Source of the DNA: Lama guanicoe
Lineage: Eukaryota
NCBI GenBank assembly: GCA_013239625.1
Contig: MU055600.1
Location: 21,837,520-21,901,519 of the forward strand
Direction: 5' to 3'
DNA: 64,000 nucleotides
The first letter of the stretch is position 1. Each line of letters opens with the position of its first letter. Below the pieces are notes generated by a model. That model saw only the letters and a list, made by a program, of their open reading frames with translations. It was not told where the DNA came from and ran no database searches. Of this stretch, positions 47,771 through 61,170 are shown piece after piece. The translations under genes and the position numbers were made by a program.

Positions 47771-50700
47771 GGACAAAATTACCTCCCTTGCTGGAAACCT
47801 CCAGGTGTGTCTCTGTAGTGACTGCACGTGCAGCTGCGTGTCTGTCTCCACAGATGTCACGTGCAGGCACATCTGTGCACACGTGCGGTTAAGGCTGCCG
47901 TGAATGCGCACCGGGGGCCGTGTACGCACCATGCATGTGAGTGGCGGTGTGGGCTCAGGCACGTCTGTGTGGCTGTGTCTGTGTGTCCGAGCCTGTGGGC
48001 TGCATGTCTGTCTGCCGTGAGCGCCCCCCCGCCCCCCATCATGCTCTGGGCTCAGCAGAATTCTGTGCGCCAGGCGCCCCCAGGGACCTAAGCTGCTCAC
48101 AGGCTCCCACTGCTAAGGCGAGCTGCATCTTGCATCCCTGTTTGATGCTGCAACATGAACCCCAAGGCAGCTCTTCAAAGGGAGCAACTGGGGAGGAGAG
48201 AAAGGAAGTAAACGCGGGGATTAACCCTGTGAACTCACCGCTCCTGCCTGGCCCTGGCCCAGCGACCTCCCCCGCGGCCAGGCTTTGATTTGACAAGGGC
48301 TGAGGGGTTCTAGAAGGGGCCTGGGGGAGAGGCTGTGGCCCCCACAGTTTGCGGAGTCCCCTGTGTGGGTGTGAAACAGGCAGCCTGCTCCCGAGGGCAG
48401 GGACAGAGGACCCCCTCCCTTCCCTCTGTCCTTCCTTCCCTCCTTCGTCCCCTCTCCTTCCCTAACCACCATTTCCCAGGACTTCAAGGCTTCAGACTGA
48501 CTCCCGTCTGTGTACTAACTCTGCTGTTTAGTGATCCTGCGATTGTGGGCACGGATGCCTCTGTGTTAAAAGGCAACGGCTCTTACCTCACAGGGTTGCT
48601 CAGACTAAGCAAGTCCAGGCACGTGGTGCACAGCACGGTGCCAGGCTCGTCAGAGGAGCTCGGCCAACAGGAGCCACCAGGACCTGTCATTGATGCACAG
48701 CAGTCAGTGGGGCATCTCCCCATCTCAGATGGCTTCTACGCAGCAGACAGAGGTTTATAACGGGCAGGGTTCAGGGTGCTTAGAGGGGGCTCAGAAGGGC
48801 AAGGGCCCGCTCTTCCAAGGAGAGGGGTGGAATCCTGGAGAGCTTCCTGGAAGAGGTGACTCCAGAGTCTTAAAGGACAGCTGGACTGCGCCACGTGAGT
48901 CTGGGGGGAGGGCATGCAGACCAGGGGGAGGACTTTGCTGAGGTGTGTGGGGGAAACAGCAAAGGCCCTGCCGTGGGTCCAGGCCGCGGGCCCTGTGTGG
49001 GAAGCCTGCTGTGACCGCAGTGCCGGGCAGGCCCTGTGAGTGAGGGCCTCCGTGAGACTCCATTTCCCCTCCTCTTCTCAGTTTCCTTTTGGCTGGAAAA
49101 ACTGAAATACAAAGGGTCACAGAGCGAGGCCAAGAGCAGAGATCTGGAGTTTTCACAGCAAGCGAGACGGACCCTGGGGAGGAGCTCGGCCTCGCCCGCT
49201 CCTCTGGGCCCTACCAAGTGGTGCCTCGACTGAGGAGATGCAGGACCCGGGAGCTCTTGGGCTCAGGAAGCAGCAGGGACTGGAGGGGACGGAAGAACTC
49301 GCTTCCCTCCAGAGACAGTGCACTGAGCCAGGGCCCTGAAGTTGATGAGAAGGAGGAACCAGGGGCCAGAATGCCTTGGGGGATGCGATCTGCTCCGTGG
49401 ACAGGACTCCGTCTTCCTTATCCCCAGGTCCCTGGCCCTCAGCAAATTAAGTGCCCCGCAATCCCCCCGGAAAGTAAGAGATGCGGAGAACTTTCTGCAA
49501 GTAGCTCCGTGAGGGGAGCCTGCAGGAGCTCCTCAGTGTGCCCTGAATGAGTGACGGTCACGGCCATGTAAATAATGTGCGTCAGGCGCGTTCACACGCT
49601 AGCGTCTCATTTAACACAAGCAGTGCCTCCAGTTTGCAGAGGAGACCAGGTAACCTGGCCAAGGTCTCCAGGCTGGACTTCACACCAGCTCTACCTGACT
49701 CTTCCATGTGCTTCCCCCTAAACCACGCAGCTTCTCATCTGGGGAGACAGGGCAGCTGACCAAGGTCTTCCACCCACGGCAGGAAGCCCCCCTCCCCCCT
49801 GCAGGTGAGGGGCACAGAGGCCGGTTAGGAGGGGATAAAGGTGAAGCCGCGGGCACTGCCCACCACCGCCCTCCAGCTCCACATCACTGCCTTCCCCCCA
49901 CCCCTCGTCCCACCACCCACGTTATCTGAGCACCTACTGTATGCTAGGACCCAACAGACACAGAACTCCTGCCTTCACGCAGCTGAGGCTCGAGTGGTGA
50001 ACACGGAGGCGAGTTAGTCGAGTGAATCCGTCATCAGGGAGGCAGGTGGTGGTGGAGGTGATCATCCTCTCGGCTCTTCCCGCTGCAGACACTGCCCCCG
50101 GCGGGGGAGGAGGCCCAGCGCCGGTGACTTCTGTTCCTGGAGGCCTCTGCGTTGCTGGGTGAACCCCAGCCGCGGGCTGCTGTTGCCAAGCACCCAGAAG
50201 ACACCCCTCCCCTTCCTGGCTTTTGTTTTGTGAAAACACATTTTCAGAAAAATTATGCTGCATTGTTTGAGGCAGGGGGCGCTTCGATGGGGCGAGAGGG
50301 AAGCAGCTGCAGTGGAGAACTGGGCGCTCCTCCCACCCAGAGAAGGGGCAGGCGTGGGAGGCGGGGCCGTGCCTGGGGGGCCTACTTGTCACACAGGCTC
50401 CCGAGCGTGGTGAAGATGCAAACAGTCCCCTACAAACACATGTGCGTGCACACACACACACACACACACTTGGCAGCGACACCCTAGAGCTTCCCACCTG
50501 CAGGGTCTAGGACAGACACAGCTGTTACCTGTGGCTTCCAGGGTAGGACAGAGGCCAGAGGACCCAGCCTGGCCGAGGGTGCTCCCTAGGTCGCCTGAGA
50601 CCCTGGCAAGAGGCGGGAGGAGCCCCACGTCAAAGGAGATGCAGCTTCCCGCCCTCGCGACCACCCCCAGTCCCTCACCTCACTCCCCCTACTTCACGCT

Positions 50701-51509
50701 CAAACCCCTTCCTGGCGTCTGAAGTCCTGTCTGTCTGACCCTCCTCGCTGAGCCTCACCCGTTCTCTCCTCCAGGGTCGACCTCAGTCCAGATCCCGTGT
50801 CTGCTTTCCCAGCATCGCCCCCGCGGTGTCTGAGTCGTGGAGACAGGGCCGGGGGTGTAAGAGTGCTTCCCAGAGGGGAGCTGTGAGGATTCAGTGAGAC
50901 AAGCCGCGTGCAGCCCTCAGTGCACCGCCTGCCCACGGAAAGTGCCCCCCAAGCCCGGGAAGTTGTCGCCAACGGCCTGTCCAGGGGAGGGGCGGGCACG
51001 CAGGCTCAGGGGCGCGGGGCCTGTGTGTGAGCGCTGCGCCATGCGGAGGGGCTGCAGCCCCTCGCAGCAGGCTGTGGGCGCGCTGGCGTTCGTTCTCCAG
51101 GCAGGGTGTGCACTTCAGAGCGCCTGCCTGGCCGCAGCATGCAAGACGGGTCTGAGTGGGGGAATCTAAGGTCGTGCCGTTGCAAGCCATCGACCCCGGT
51201 TGACAAGAACGGCTCTTTAGCATCTGGGCAGGCAACGTAAGGGGGGGAGTCTAACCTATTTTCCAGCAACACCTCAATTTTTAGTGAGTAAGCGACTTTA
51301 GAACCACGTTAATTGCGCCTTCAGGGAAGTTACACAGCAGGAGACGGGGAAAACCTGTAAAGAGATCGCGAAATAGAAAATCCACTGATGTGGCTCTCGA
51401 GGGGACAGCGATTCAGGGCCACAGAAGTATCAAAGTTTCTGAAATCCTGACACCTCCCCTCCCATCCCAGACCCCACACACTGACCCGAGGAGGTCTGTT
51501 CCTCAGCGT

Positions 51510-51900
51510 GTGCATCGCAAGCAGTAAAACAAATAAACCCTCTGCTCAAACTGACTGGAACAGTAAAGGGAAGTTATTGACTTGCCTGATGGCAAAGTCT
51601 AGAAGGAGCTTCAGGTAAAGCTTGATCTAGTGGCTCAAACAGTGTCATCTAAGACCTGATCTCTCTCTGTCCTGCCGTCTGTAACGTAGGCTTCCAACTC
51701 AGGCCTCACTTAGTGGACCTCCAGCAGCTCCAGGCTTCCCCTCACAATGACAAACGTCTGTGCTGGGGCCTGACCTCACGTCCTCACTCTACACTTTCCA
51801 AGCCAAGGGGAGTCTCTCTTCCGGTGGAATAGCTCCTCTTTCCCCCAAAGCCGCCCTTTCCCCCACGTCTCCTTGTTTCCTGTTGGTACTGAGGCCAGTC
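51510..51900 (-). mobile_element. MLT1K-like LTR
   Basis: 'ctcaaactgactggaacagtaaagggaagttattgac...gcttcaggtaaagcttgatctagtggctcaaac...cctccagcagctccaggctt'. Confidence 0.75.
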
Positions 51901-53619
51901 CAGGTGTCCCTCCTGTGCCCTGAAACCCTGGGTCCAGCTGCCGCTGGGCCTGTCCGCCTGGAGGGGCCCAAACCCCACATGTCACAAGCCCAGCTCATTC
52001 TGGCTCCCCAGACCCATGGCCCCAACCTGCTTTCCTGTCTGTGTTCCCGCTGCCGCCACTGAGCTGGACACTGGGGCATCCTGGACACCTGCCTCTCCCT
52101 CACGCCCCCAAACCTAATCAAGCCCCAGGCCACACATCTCTCTGGAATCCCCCCTTCTTTCTAGCCCTACCGCCCGGCTCACGTTGGGTGCCTCGGGGCC
52201 CTGGGTGACCACCGGTCTCTATTTAGCCGAGGTCCCCCATGCTACAGGACCTCCTCACCTCCCTCCTCCACGTCTGGCTCTGTCCCGAGGGCAGGGTCGA
52301 TGTCACTGTCACTGCTGCGAGGGCTGCAGCCCGGGACAGGGCCTGGCGCTTGAAGACTCCCACCGAAATGTGTGGCTGGAACACATAAACGGACGCGCGA
52401 GAGAAGAGTTAGGAATTCTTCTTGGGAAAGAGTCAACCTCCCCGAAGGCCCAAGAAACAGGACATGCCTCTGAGCGACCTCCCGTGCAGCCCGGCGGGGT
52501 GGGCACCCCAGCCCCACCACCCGCTCCCCATCGAGCGAGAGCTGCCCACCACGGCAGGGGCTGCAGAGAGGCTCCTGGTGGGAGGAGGCCCCCAGAGCAG
52601 AGGACTCCCAAAGGCCCTCACATCTCCGGATTCTGGATTCTAAGAGCTCAGCTTTCCCTGCAGCTCAGTACAGTTGGCCCCAGTTACCGCCTGGAGCAGC
52701 TAAAAGTCGAATTGCTCTATTGTTCGAATTCACCAGAAAACCAGCACACTGTGGCAGGGGCCCCGGGAACTAAGTGTGCTGGTTTCTGCCGCACCCTGGT
52801 CACGTGGCAGGCGTGCGGGCTGCAACACTGAGGATGTCAGTTCCTGCAGCGACGTTTAAGCGTGCGTCAGGGAGGAGGCAAACGTGTGAAGAGCTCCCCA
52901 CTTTCTTTGACCTGCTGTGACTTGGCAGAGATGCCAGGCGGGGGACAGCCGCACCAGTGTGGGAACAGGCATGTGGCTTCGAGACGCTGCACGCTGACAG
53001 GTGAAGACTTGCTCGTATCCCTGTGCCGTTAAACGAGGCCGCCCTCAGCCCTCGGCAGGCTGGGAGGAAGAGGTGAAGAAGGAGACGAGAACTCGGTTTC
53101 GCCGTGTCCTGCCCGGGCGGGTGGCTGAGCTGGGCGCTGCCAGGCAGGGTCGTATCTAAGCCTCATATTAACCCTGAAAACAAACATCCCTGTTTTCACA
53201 GATGATGAGACAGAGGCCCAGAGAGGTCCCCTGACTTGCCAGTTGAATGACTGGGGAGCGGCAACCCTGAATACAAATCTGTTCTCCCCACAGCCCAGGA
53301 GGCCCCAGGCGGACAAGACAACCATGTTTGGATCTGAGGGCCTTGGTGACCTGTGTCCAGGGGTTTATCACACTTCTTGTGGCTCTGCCCCCGGAGGAGG
53401 GGCCTGAGCGGCACCCTTACAGAACGCCCCGGTGCTTCGTGTGCGAGAAAATAATACACAAAGAGCAAAACGGATTTCTGCCAGCGTTCTCCGCCTTCTA
53501 TTGTGCTGGTTTGACTTTTTGTTTTTTTAATACAAAGAGGTACCAAGAAGCCAACTAAAAGCAAGTCATAATCTCCTTGGTCAAACTAGCTTTTGCTGAC
53601 ATTAAAAAAATGATTGACA

Positions 53620-53730
53620 ATACTTCCTTCATCGCTTTATAGTATATACACGTGTCAAATCATCATTTAAACGCCTAGGACGAATACAGTGTTGGGTGTC
53701 AGTTATGCTTCAATGAAACCGGGGAAGAAT
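53620..53730 (+). mobile_element. L1MA/MB 3' tip
   Basis: 'tagtatatacacgtgtcaaatcatc...gtgtcagttatgcttcaatgaaaccgggg'. Confidence 0.6.
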
Positions 53731-54502
53731 CTAAATTTAGAACATTCGAACAACAGGAAATGTTAAAAGCAGAATGCCACTCTCCGCTGGTCCCCTCCCA
53801 AAGGCCGTCTTTCCAACATTTCCTTGCGGTTCCTTCCAGGAAGGAGCACGCGGAGCGCGGCCCGAGCGGCTCGGTCCTCACCCACGCGGGGCCGCGGGCC
53901 GTCCCTGCAGCTGCTCCTTTGCGCCCTTTTTCACCCAGTCACTCATCCTTCCATTTCAGCACGGAGCCGCCCCCCTTTCTTCTCCTGAGCACATGGTGTT
54001 CATGTTCTTTGCTCATTCAGAAATCCGGTTTGGGGTCCTTATCAAAATTTGTATAAATCAAAGAACTCTGCTCTTGGTCAACTTTGTGTGTTGCAAATAC
54101 GCTTTCCTTGTTTCCCACTGTTTAATCTCAAGTGCGCGGTGGCCTTTGCTTCTGGAGGTAGCTCCCAGGACGGCTCCCGGGGAGCGCGGGGGGGGAGGAG
54201 CCATACTGGCTTTTCTGTTGCTGCCGGGACAGATTTCCACAAACGCAGGAGCGCCTTAAAACTGGTCAGACGCACCGTCTCAGTTCAGGAGGTGGGGGGC
54301 TCAGCGGCTGGGCGGGGCCGCACTCCCCCCGGAGGCTCTGGGGAGACTCGCTCCCGCCCCTGGGCCGGCTGCCGGAGACCACGTCACGTGGCTCGGGTCC
54401 CTGCCTCCAGCTTCGAGCCCAGCAGCGCCGTCTCCTCTCCTCTCTGGCCTCCGTTTCCAACCTTACATCTTCCCTCTGGCTGAGCCTCCCAGTTCTCTCT
54501 TC

Positions 54503-54680
54503 TTTTTTTTAACCTTTTTTTAAAATTGGGGCAGAGTCAGTTGACAACTGTGCCAATTTCTGGTGCACAGCACAGTGTTTCCATCATGCATACACACACA
54601 TGTGTTGCTTTTCATGTTCTTTTTCATTATAGGCCATTACAAGGAATTGAATACAGGTCCCTGTGCTGCACAGCAGGACT
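54503..54680 (-). mobile_element. Camelid-type L1 3' end
   Basis: Poly(T), then 'agtcagttgacaactgtgccaatttctggtgcacagc...ttttcattataggccattacaagg...gtccctgtgctgcacagcaggac'. Confidence 0.88.
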
Positions 54681-54807
54681 TCGTTTTTTTCTTGGAATGG
54701 AAGAGTGTTATTTATTTAGCATCTCAAGTCTCTGTTCTTCATTTTATATATTCACTAGAATGAAATGTACTGAACAACGTTCACGTGGCCTCTAATAGAT
54801 TTGCTTT

Positions 54808-54890
54808 TGGAAGGAAGCAAAATTGCACCGCCCCACAAATGCCCCTCTTTGGCATGAGGATAATTTGGGGTTGACTGTTTTTAAGAGACA
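54808..54890 (+). mobile_element. ERV1 LTR 5' stub (MER34/MER39-like)
   Basis: 'gccccacaaatgcccctctttggcatgaggataatttggggttga' resembles the MER34-type start CCCCAAAATATGCCACTTTGGCATAAGGATTATTTTGAGCTGA. Confidence 0.5.
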
Positions 54891-55027
54891 TACATACATA
54901 GTAGGCAGTATCTACAAACCCCGATCTCCCAGTTTACCCTCCCCAGCCCCTCGCTCCCCGGGTGGCCGTAAGTGTGTTTTCTGGGTGTGTGAGTCTCTGT
55001 TTCGTTCATGAGTTCGTTTGTGTCGCA
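54891..55027 (-). mobile_element. L1 3' UTR fragment
   Basis: 'gtatctacaaaccccgatctcccagtttaccctcccc...ggtggccgtaagtgtgttttctgggtgtgtgagtctctgtttc...gagttcgtttgtgtc'. Confidence 0.8.
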
Positions 55028-57399
55028 AGGAGGAATTCTTGAACCTACTCCTGTGCCTCCCACAACCCCAGCCGCTGGCTCTGAGTGACCGTGTCTCTTC
55101 TCACTGCCGCCAGTGGCTCCGGCTCCAGAGGAGGGGAAGGCGGTGCAAGTGTGGGGGGTCGGGAGTGCGGGGTCTTCCACTTAGACTGCAGCTGCCTCAC
55201 CCAACGGTGCATCTGAAATCAAACCTGCCTCGCTGCCCCAAGACTAATTTCTTCCCGGAAAAAACCCACAGCCGTACAAAAAAACATTTGACCCACATAA
55301 GAAATTAATAGTCTTCCTGTTACTATACTGGTAGCTGTTTCCTGTGAGCAAACACCCTGACCTTATCGGCCCGAGAGAACACTGACCTCCTCTCTGTCGA
55401 GGCTGGATGACGAGACTTCATTACCTTGACAAGGAAGCGTGTTGCTTTAGTGACCTGGAAGGGAAACGGGGCGGGTGTGGGGTGGCGGGGAGGGCAGGGC
55501 GAGAAGTCTGTATTCACTCCGTCACACGTATTTTTAACATACTTGAAATCATACAATTTTGCATCCTGCTTTCTCTCACACGGTGGTAAGCATTCTTCCA
55601 AAGTTTAAACACCACCCCCACCCAACCACCTTGTCTTACATAAGCCCCGTTTTAAATGCCTGTATCACGTTCCACTGTAGAGCAGAGCACAGCCTGTGAG
55701 TTTTAGGGGCAAAAGGCAACGTTCCAGGATTATTCTTGCTAAAGCAAATCCTCGTGAGCCCTAATAACTAGCTGAGGAACCGCTGGAGGCGTTCCAGAGA
55801 AGTCGCTGACGGGGAACAGCTTTTTTAGACTGGGGACGCGGCTCCAAGTTGTCACAGCGGTGTGCGCGAGGCGCGGACGCCAGCGCTGCTGTAGGGATGT
55901 GAGCTGGGTCAGGAAACACATCCCAGGAGGCGGCCAGGGTAAAGCGTTAAAATAAAAAACCCAACAGATACAGAAGACACACTGCCTGGGCGGCGTGTCC
56001 CCGGGAGAAAAACTGGAGGCTTGGTCGGAGGACGTCTGGCCCGGACGCAGGCAGGCAGGCAGGCAGCTGCGCTCCTGGGGGCCTGCTCAGGCCCGGGGCC
56101 AGCAGGTTCCTAGCTCTGAGCTCTGACCATCTGTGCGGCTGCGTGGCCCTGGGTTCTCGGCCCTGACTGCACGTGAAGGGAAAACAGGACTTACCACATC
56201 CGGACTTTTCCTGGAGGCGGGGTGGGCTGTATGACCCCCCGTCAGCCACCACCCCACCCTCAGAAGTCAGGGTCCCTGCTCCTTAGTCGGGCGTGGCAGG
56301 AAACACTGAGATATCAATTTTGCAGAGCATTTTACATCCAGTTTTTTGTTTTGTTTTGTTTTGATCTTGCAGACCCTATTTTCAGGCCTCACCGTAGGGA
56401 GACTTGGTTAAGGCTCCGCCTCCGATTGCCGCAGGTCTTCTTGGAGGCTGCAGCAGAGTTTCACCCAGCAATCTGCGGGGAACCTCCCAGGGAAGTGGCA
56501 GGAGCCCGCTGTCCCATTAGGACTCTCAGTGCCCTTCCCAGAGGGCCCAGCCTAAGCGTCAGGGGGTTGGAACTCGGCAGGAAGTGCGGCCCGTTTTAGG
56601 TCACAAGCAGCTTCCTCGGCAGCCGCCCTGATGTAGCCCACCTCCCCCTGAGCCACGCCCCCCCCGCCCCACTCAGACACCGGATCAGCCGGTAAACACC
56701 ATCAGCACCACCCCCCAAGTCTGCCTTGGATCCACGCCTCTGGCTCCCCAGTGCAGGGCAATCTCCTCGCTGGTCTTCCAGCCTCCATTTTCCTGCCTCC
56801 GCCTGGGCTCCACGCCACAGCCAGCATGATCTTTCCAAGCTGAGCGTGTCTGACTCGAAGCCGGTGTAAAGTTAGTGATCCTCATGTCTTTTACTGGAAA
56901 CCATCCCAAACCAAAAAGGAATTAAGAAATTAAAAAACCCATTTTTAGTGAAAGGAAGAGACACTTAAAACACAGAACAGGTGGGAGAATTGCCCCAAGC
57001 CAGAGACCCTCCGCAGAGGAGGTGGACGCGGACAGTCTGCCGCAGCCGCAGGGACAGCTGCATGACACCCATCAGAAGGTGGGGGCACACCTGCAGGCGC
57101 AGCTCTGAAAGCCCTCGTCCCCAGCAGCAGGGAGCAGGTGCGTATGCTGGCGGCATGAGGTCTGCTGGGCCAGGACTAACCGGGGCATCATCGCCCAGAG
57201 GAGCCGTACTTGTCTCTGCAGCAACAGAGGAGGCGGCACTTGGCGCTGGGAAGAGCCTCCCCTGGGCTGGAGGCAACGCAAGCTAAGTGCCCTTATATTA
57301 ACCCTGGGTCACAAGGAACATTGAGACCACCTGGAAGGCAACCTTGACCGCCCGCATACAGGAGGTCTGTGAGGAAGGCAAAGAATCAGCTGCTTCAGT

Positions 57400-57930
57400 G
57401 ACGGTTAATCAATACAAAGATTTGACAAGAAAAAAAGGGAAAAAAGATTAAACAAACAGCAGGCGAAGGTGCATCAAAGAGCGTTTCCACGGAGAGGTGG
57501 AGACTCCAGCCAGAGAGTTAAGGAGACAGTGAGGCGACGGCGTCTGTGAAGAAAGAGCACACGGAGACCCGGGACGGCGTGAAACCGCAGGAGGACACGA
57601 GCCGGAGCTGGCGGAGCTGAGGGAGGGAGCGGAGGGAAGAGACAGCCATTTAACCCGCATGCTTCAAATGAAGTCTAAAATCGGAAGGAGTCAGAGGGAG
57701 AATAAATACTGTTAAAAACCAATTAAGAGGAAGCAAGAGAAATGAGGGAACAGAAAATTAAATGGAAGTAAAGCATGAGAGAAGACAACAGATATGAAAG
57801 ACCGAGAGGACGCAGGAGGCTGACACCGCAGTTTGCTTCTAGGAAGGGAAATTAGGTCGTTGGGGCCGGGGGAACGGAAGATTCTCAGTCTTTTGAGAAT
57901 TTTGACTTCTATGAACATATTAGCTCTTCA
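57400..57930 (+). mobile_element. Very old L1ME/HAL1 ORF1-like fragment
   Basis: A-rich purine strand ('aaatgaagtctaaaatcggaagg...aataaatactgttaaaaaccaattaag...agagaagacaacagatatgaaagac') resembling decayed ORF1 coiled-coil sequence. Confidence 0.4.
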
Positions 57931-59659
57931 GAAAAGAAGCTAATTAAGCAATCCCTGCAGCCCCCCAACACACACACATTCAAAAACCTCATTATGCTCC
58001 AAACCCTGCGGTCATTAGCAAGGCAACCCTAGAATTTACTGCCCAACAGGGGTTGGAAGGAGGTGCGACAGGTACAACCCAAGACCAAGGCCGCCTACGC
58101 AGAGGCCGGTCATGACGCGGCCCTTGCTGCCCTCTCTCCCCCATTCCAGCCCGTGGCTCTCCCCCGAGCCGAGCCCCAGGCCTCTCGGTCTCCTCCAATC
58201 ACCCCCACTGTCTCGGGGATGGTCAGCGATCAAAATTAGCAACGTGCGCCCCCAGGCTAGCCGCGCGCCCAGGAATCAGGAATCAGGTCCAGCATAGCGC
58301 TGCCCGCCTGTGTCCAAGACTCGAAGCCCTCACGTCCACAGCTGGGGGCAGGAGGCGGGCCGACGCAGGTGCTGCGTCTTTAGAATTTTGCCCTGGCTCC
58401 TCCCTGGCTCCGCCTTCTGTGCAGAGCCGGGTCTGAGAGGTGGCCTCTGCCGTGCCACCCCAGCCAGGCCCGGCCTCCGTGCCTTCCGTGCACAGCTGTG
58501 ACGACCCGGAGCCACACTTCCAATCTCCCAGCACCAGCCACTCTCTCTCAGCAATTTCTCTGGAAACTGCATAATCTCCAATGCGTGATTTCCATTAGTA
58601 ACTTCATTTTGAAAGCCCGTCAAGTCTACCGGGTGCTGCCCAAGAACCCAACATGCAAACACCCTAACAGCTGCCCCCTTTAAAAGAAGGAAAAGTTTTC
58701 TTCCTTCGGTTCAAAACTTCCAAACTCATTTTGTCCCTACTCCTGGCCTCGGAGCAGAACTGACGAGGAAGAAGAGAGGACTGGGTCCCGGGACACGTGG
58801 CATGGGGTTCGCCGGGCTCCTCTCTCCCTGTGACTGCTCTCTGAAGCCCCTCCCTCCCTCCCTAAGAAGTTGAACGGAAGACCCCCAACTGGCCTCAGCT
58901 GCAGCTGTCACTCCTGCGAGCCTCCATCTCTCCATCCATCAGTGCTCTTGTGAGGACCAGGGGCGACACCGCGGAAACCCCGAGTCCTGCACGCTGCGCG
59001 CAGCAGGCCGCTGGGCAGTGATCACCCCCTCCTGCCTCTGGAGTCTGTCCTCTAGGGGACGTGACTGTGCTGGGCCTTCCCAGTGGCACTGCTCGTGAGC
59101 TAGAAAGGGCAGCCCCGCCGCTCAGGATGCTGGTTTGCAGGGAACCGAGTGGTCGCGTTGACGCCTGCAGAAAGCTTTCTTGCCAAGCCTGAAACACCTT
59201 GCAGACCTGAGCCTGCTGGTGGCACCTCTGTGGCTCTGGCAGGCCCGCGGAGTCCAGTCAGACGCCCGGGGAGAGGCAGAGTACTTGGTTTCCTTCAGGT
59301 TCCAGCAAAGTCAGGTGGCCACCACGTCCACTTCAGCACGAGGAAGCTCACATGCACTGCGCTGTCTGTCTGGCACGTGGGAGGTGTTCAGTAAACACCA
59401 GCGAGCTGAGCAATGCCAAGGAGTAAACGAATTAACTGCGCAGGCCAGAGTGAACTCTGCATTGTCTGACTCTGTGCTGTCTGTTTCGCTGTGTATGAAT
59501 GGCTAACTGCCAGTGCTGATGTGTTAGATAAGCACACACAGAGGTGTGTGAGGCCCTGTGCTAGGTCCTGGGGACACAAGTACAGGCAACAAAGTCTTGC
59601 CTTCCGAGAGCTCTCTGTGCAGAGAGGGAGGCGGGGCGAGGGGACTACAACCTGCACTG

Positions 59660-60008
59660 TCCGCCGGGGCCGCGGGAACCAAACACCACAGACCGGGTGG
59701 CTTAAACCGCAGGCCCTTATTCTCCCACGGCTGTAGGAGCTGGAAGTCCGAGATCAAGGTCCAGCCAGCGCGGGGTCTGCTGAGTTGAGCGCTCTCTCCC
59801 CAGCTTGCAGATGGCGGCCTTGACGCAAGCTTCCTCGGCGCCTGCAAGAGAGAGCTCACCGAAGCCTCTTCTCAAAAGTAGGCTGACCCTATCGGACCAG
59901 GGCCTCGCCCCGCAGCCTCGCTTAACCTTCATTACTTCCTTGTGCCAACCATGACCACACTGGTGCTGCAGCGTACGACTTTGTGGGGGCGACATTCAGT
60001 CCACAGCG
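59660..60008 (-). mobile_element. MLT1A-like solo LTR, GC-shifted
   Basis: 'aaacaccacagaccgggtggcttaaac...ttattctcccacggctgtaggagctggaagtccgagatcaagg...gcttgcagatggcggcc...gggggcgacattcagtccacagc'. Confidence 0.85.
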
Positions 60009-60687
60009 TTACCGTGCAGCGTGACAGCCCTGCGCCGGAGGGCCCTGAGGCACCCAACCCAGCCTGGATGCCGCGCGGCGAAGGGGCCACCGAGGGGGGG
60101 TCCTTTGACATGGCTTTTAAATCAGGTGCCTGCAGTCCTGACCCTGTGGGCTGCAAAACGCCCCTTCCCCTCTCCCCCCCGCTGTCTCTCTTATCTGCCT
60201 GTCTTTCGCTTTCCGTGATTTTCCTTGGCTTTTCGCACAGGGAGTACACAGGCGCGCTTCTGTTATAAGAGCCTGAAACAACACACGCAGGAGACTTCAC
60301 AGCGAAAGGTCAAGACCGCACGGCGCCCCCACACCCAGCTCCTCCGCCCTCGTCGCAGACAGATCCCCACCGGCAGACGGACCCGCACCGTCCGCCTGCG
60401 CCCCCTTGGGTCTGCGTGCGCGCGCACAGACATGGTTGTATGTGAGGCACGACGGACGTGCACACGACTCCCGTGTTTTCACATGGTCGGGGCCCTGCCG
60501 ATCGCGATGCTCCCCCCGCCGTGCGTCTGAGGACCGGCAGCGAGGAAGCCGGCAGGGCTCTCACACGCAGCCTCCGTCTAACGGCTCCAGACTGCAGGTT
60601 CCTCATGGTTTGTTTAACCTTCATCGCTGACGTTTCTGGCATGTCTAACTTTTTTGCTATCGAAAGCAAGGAAGCAGTGGCTCTTGC

Positions 60688-61170
60688 GTCAGTTATTTCT
60701 TGCTCCTAACACGTTCTCCCAAAACCTTGTGTCCTACAGCTGTGATGAGTATTTACCGTGGCTCAGTTTCTGCCGTCAGGAACTGGGGGGTGCCTGGCTG
60801 GAGGGCTCCCGGCTCAGGGGGTGCATTAGGCTGCGGTCAGGATGTTGGCTGGGGTTACAGTCACTGCAGTTTGACGCGGCTGGAGGGTCCACTCACTCCA
60901 GGGCTGGCAGGCGGGTGCGGGCTGCTGGTGGGAGCTTCAGCCGCCCCCGCGTGGCTCTCTCCGCAAGGCTGACGGAGTGTCCTCACGACACGGCGGCAGG
61001 CTTCCCCCGGCGTGACTGGTTCCCCAGGGCAAACAGAGGCACCAATGCCCTTTATGACCTGGCCGCAGAAGTCACAGGTCGTCACCTCTGCCTCATTCCG
61101 TCCATTAGCACAGAGTGAGCTGCTGGGCCAGACGCCGGGAGCGGGGTGAGGGGGACTGACCAGGAGCCCA
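60688..61170 (-). mobile_element. MLT1F-like LTR, GC-shifted
   Basis: 'gtcaggatgttggctggggttacagtcac...gagtgtcctcacgacacggcggcaggcttcccc...ctttatgacctggccgcagaagtcac'. Confidence 0.75.

Noticed and set aside
56341-56410. Strong plus-strand acceptor after a (GTTTT)n tract
   Set aside because: No consensus donor follows; tract resembles a decayed poly(A) remnant.
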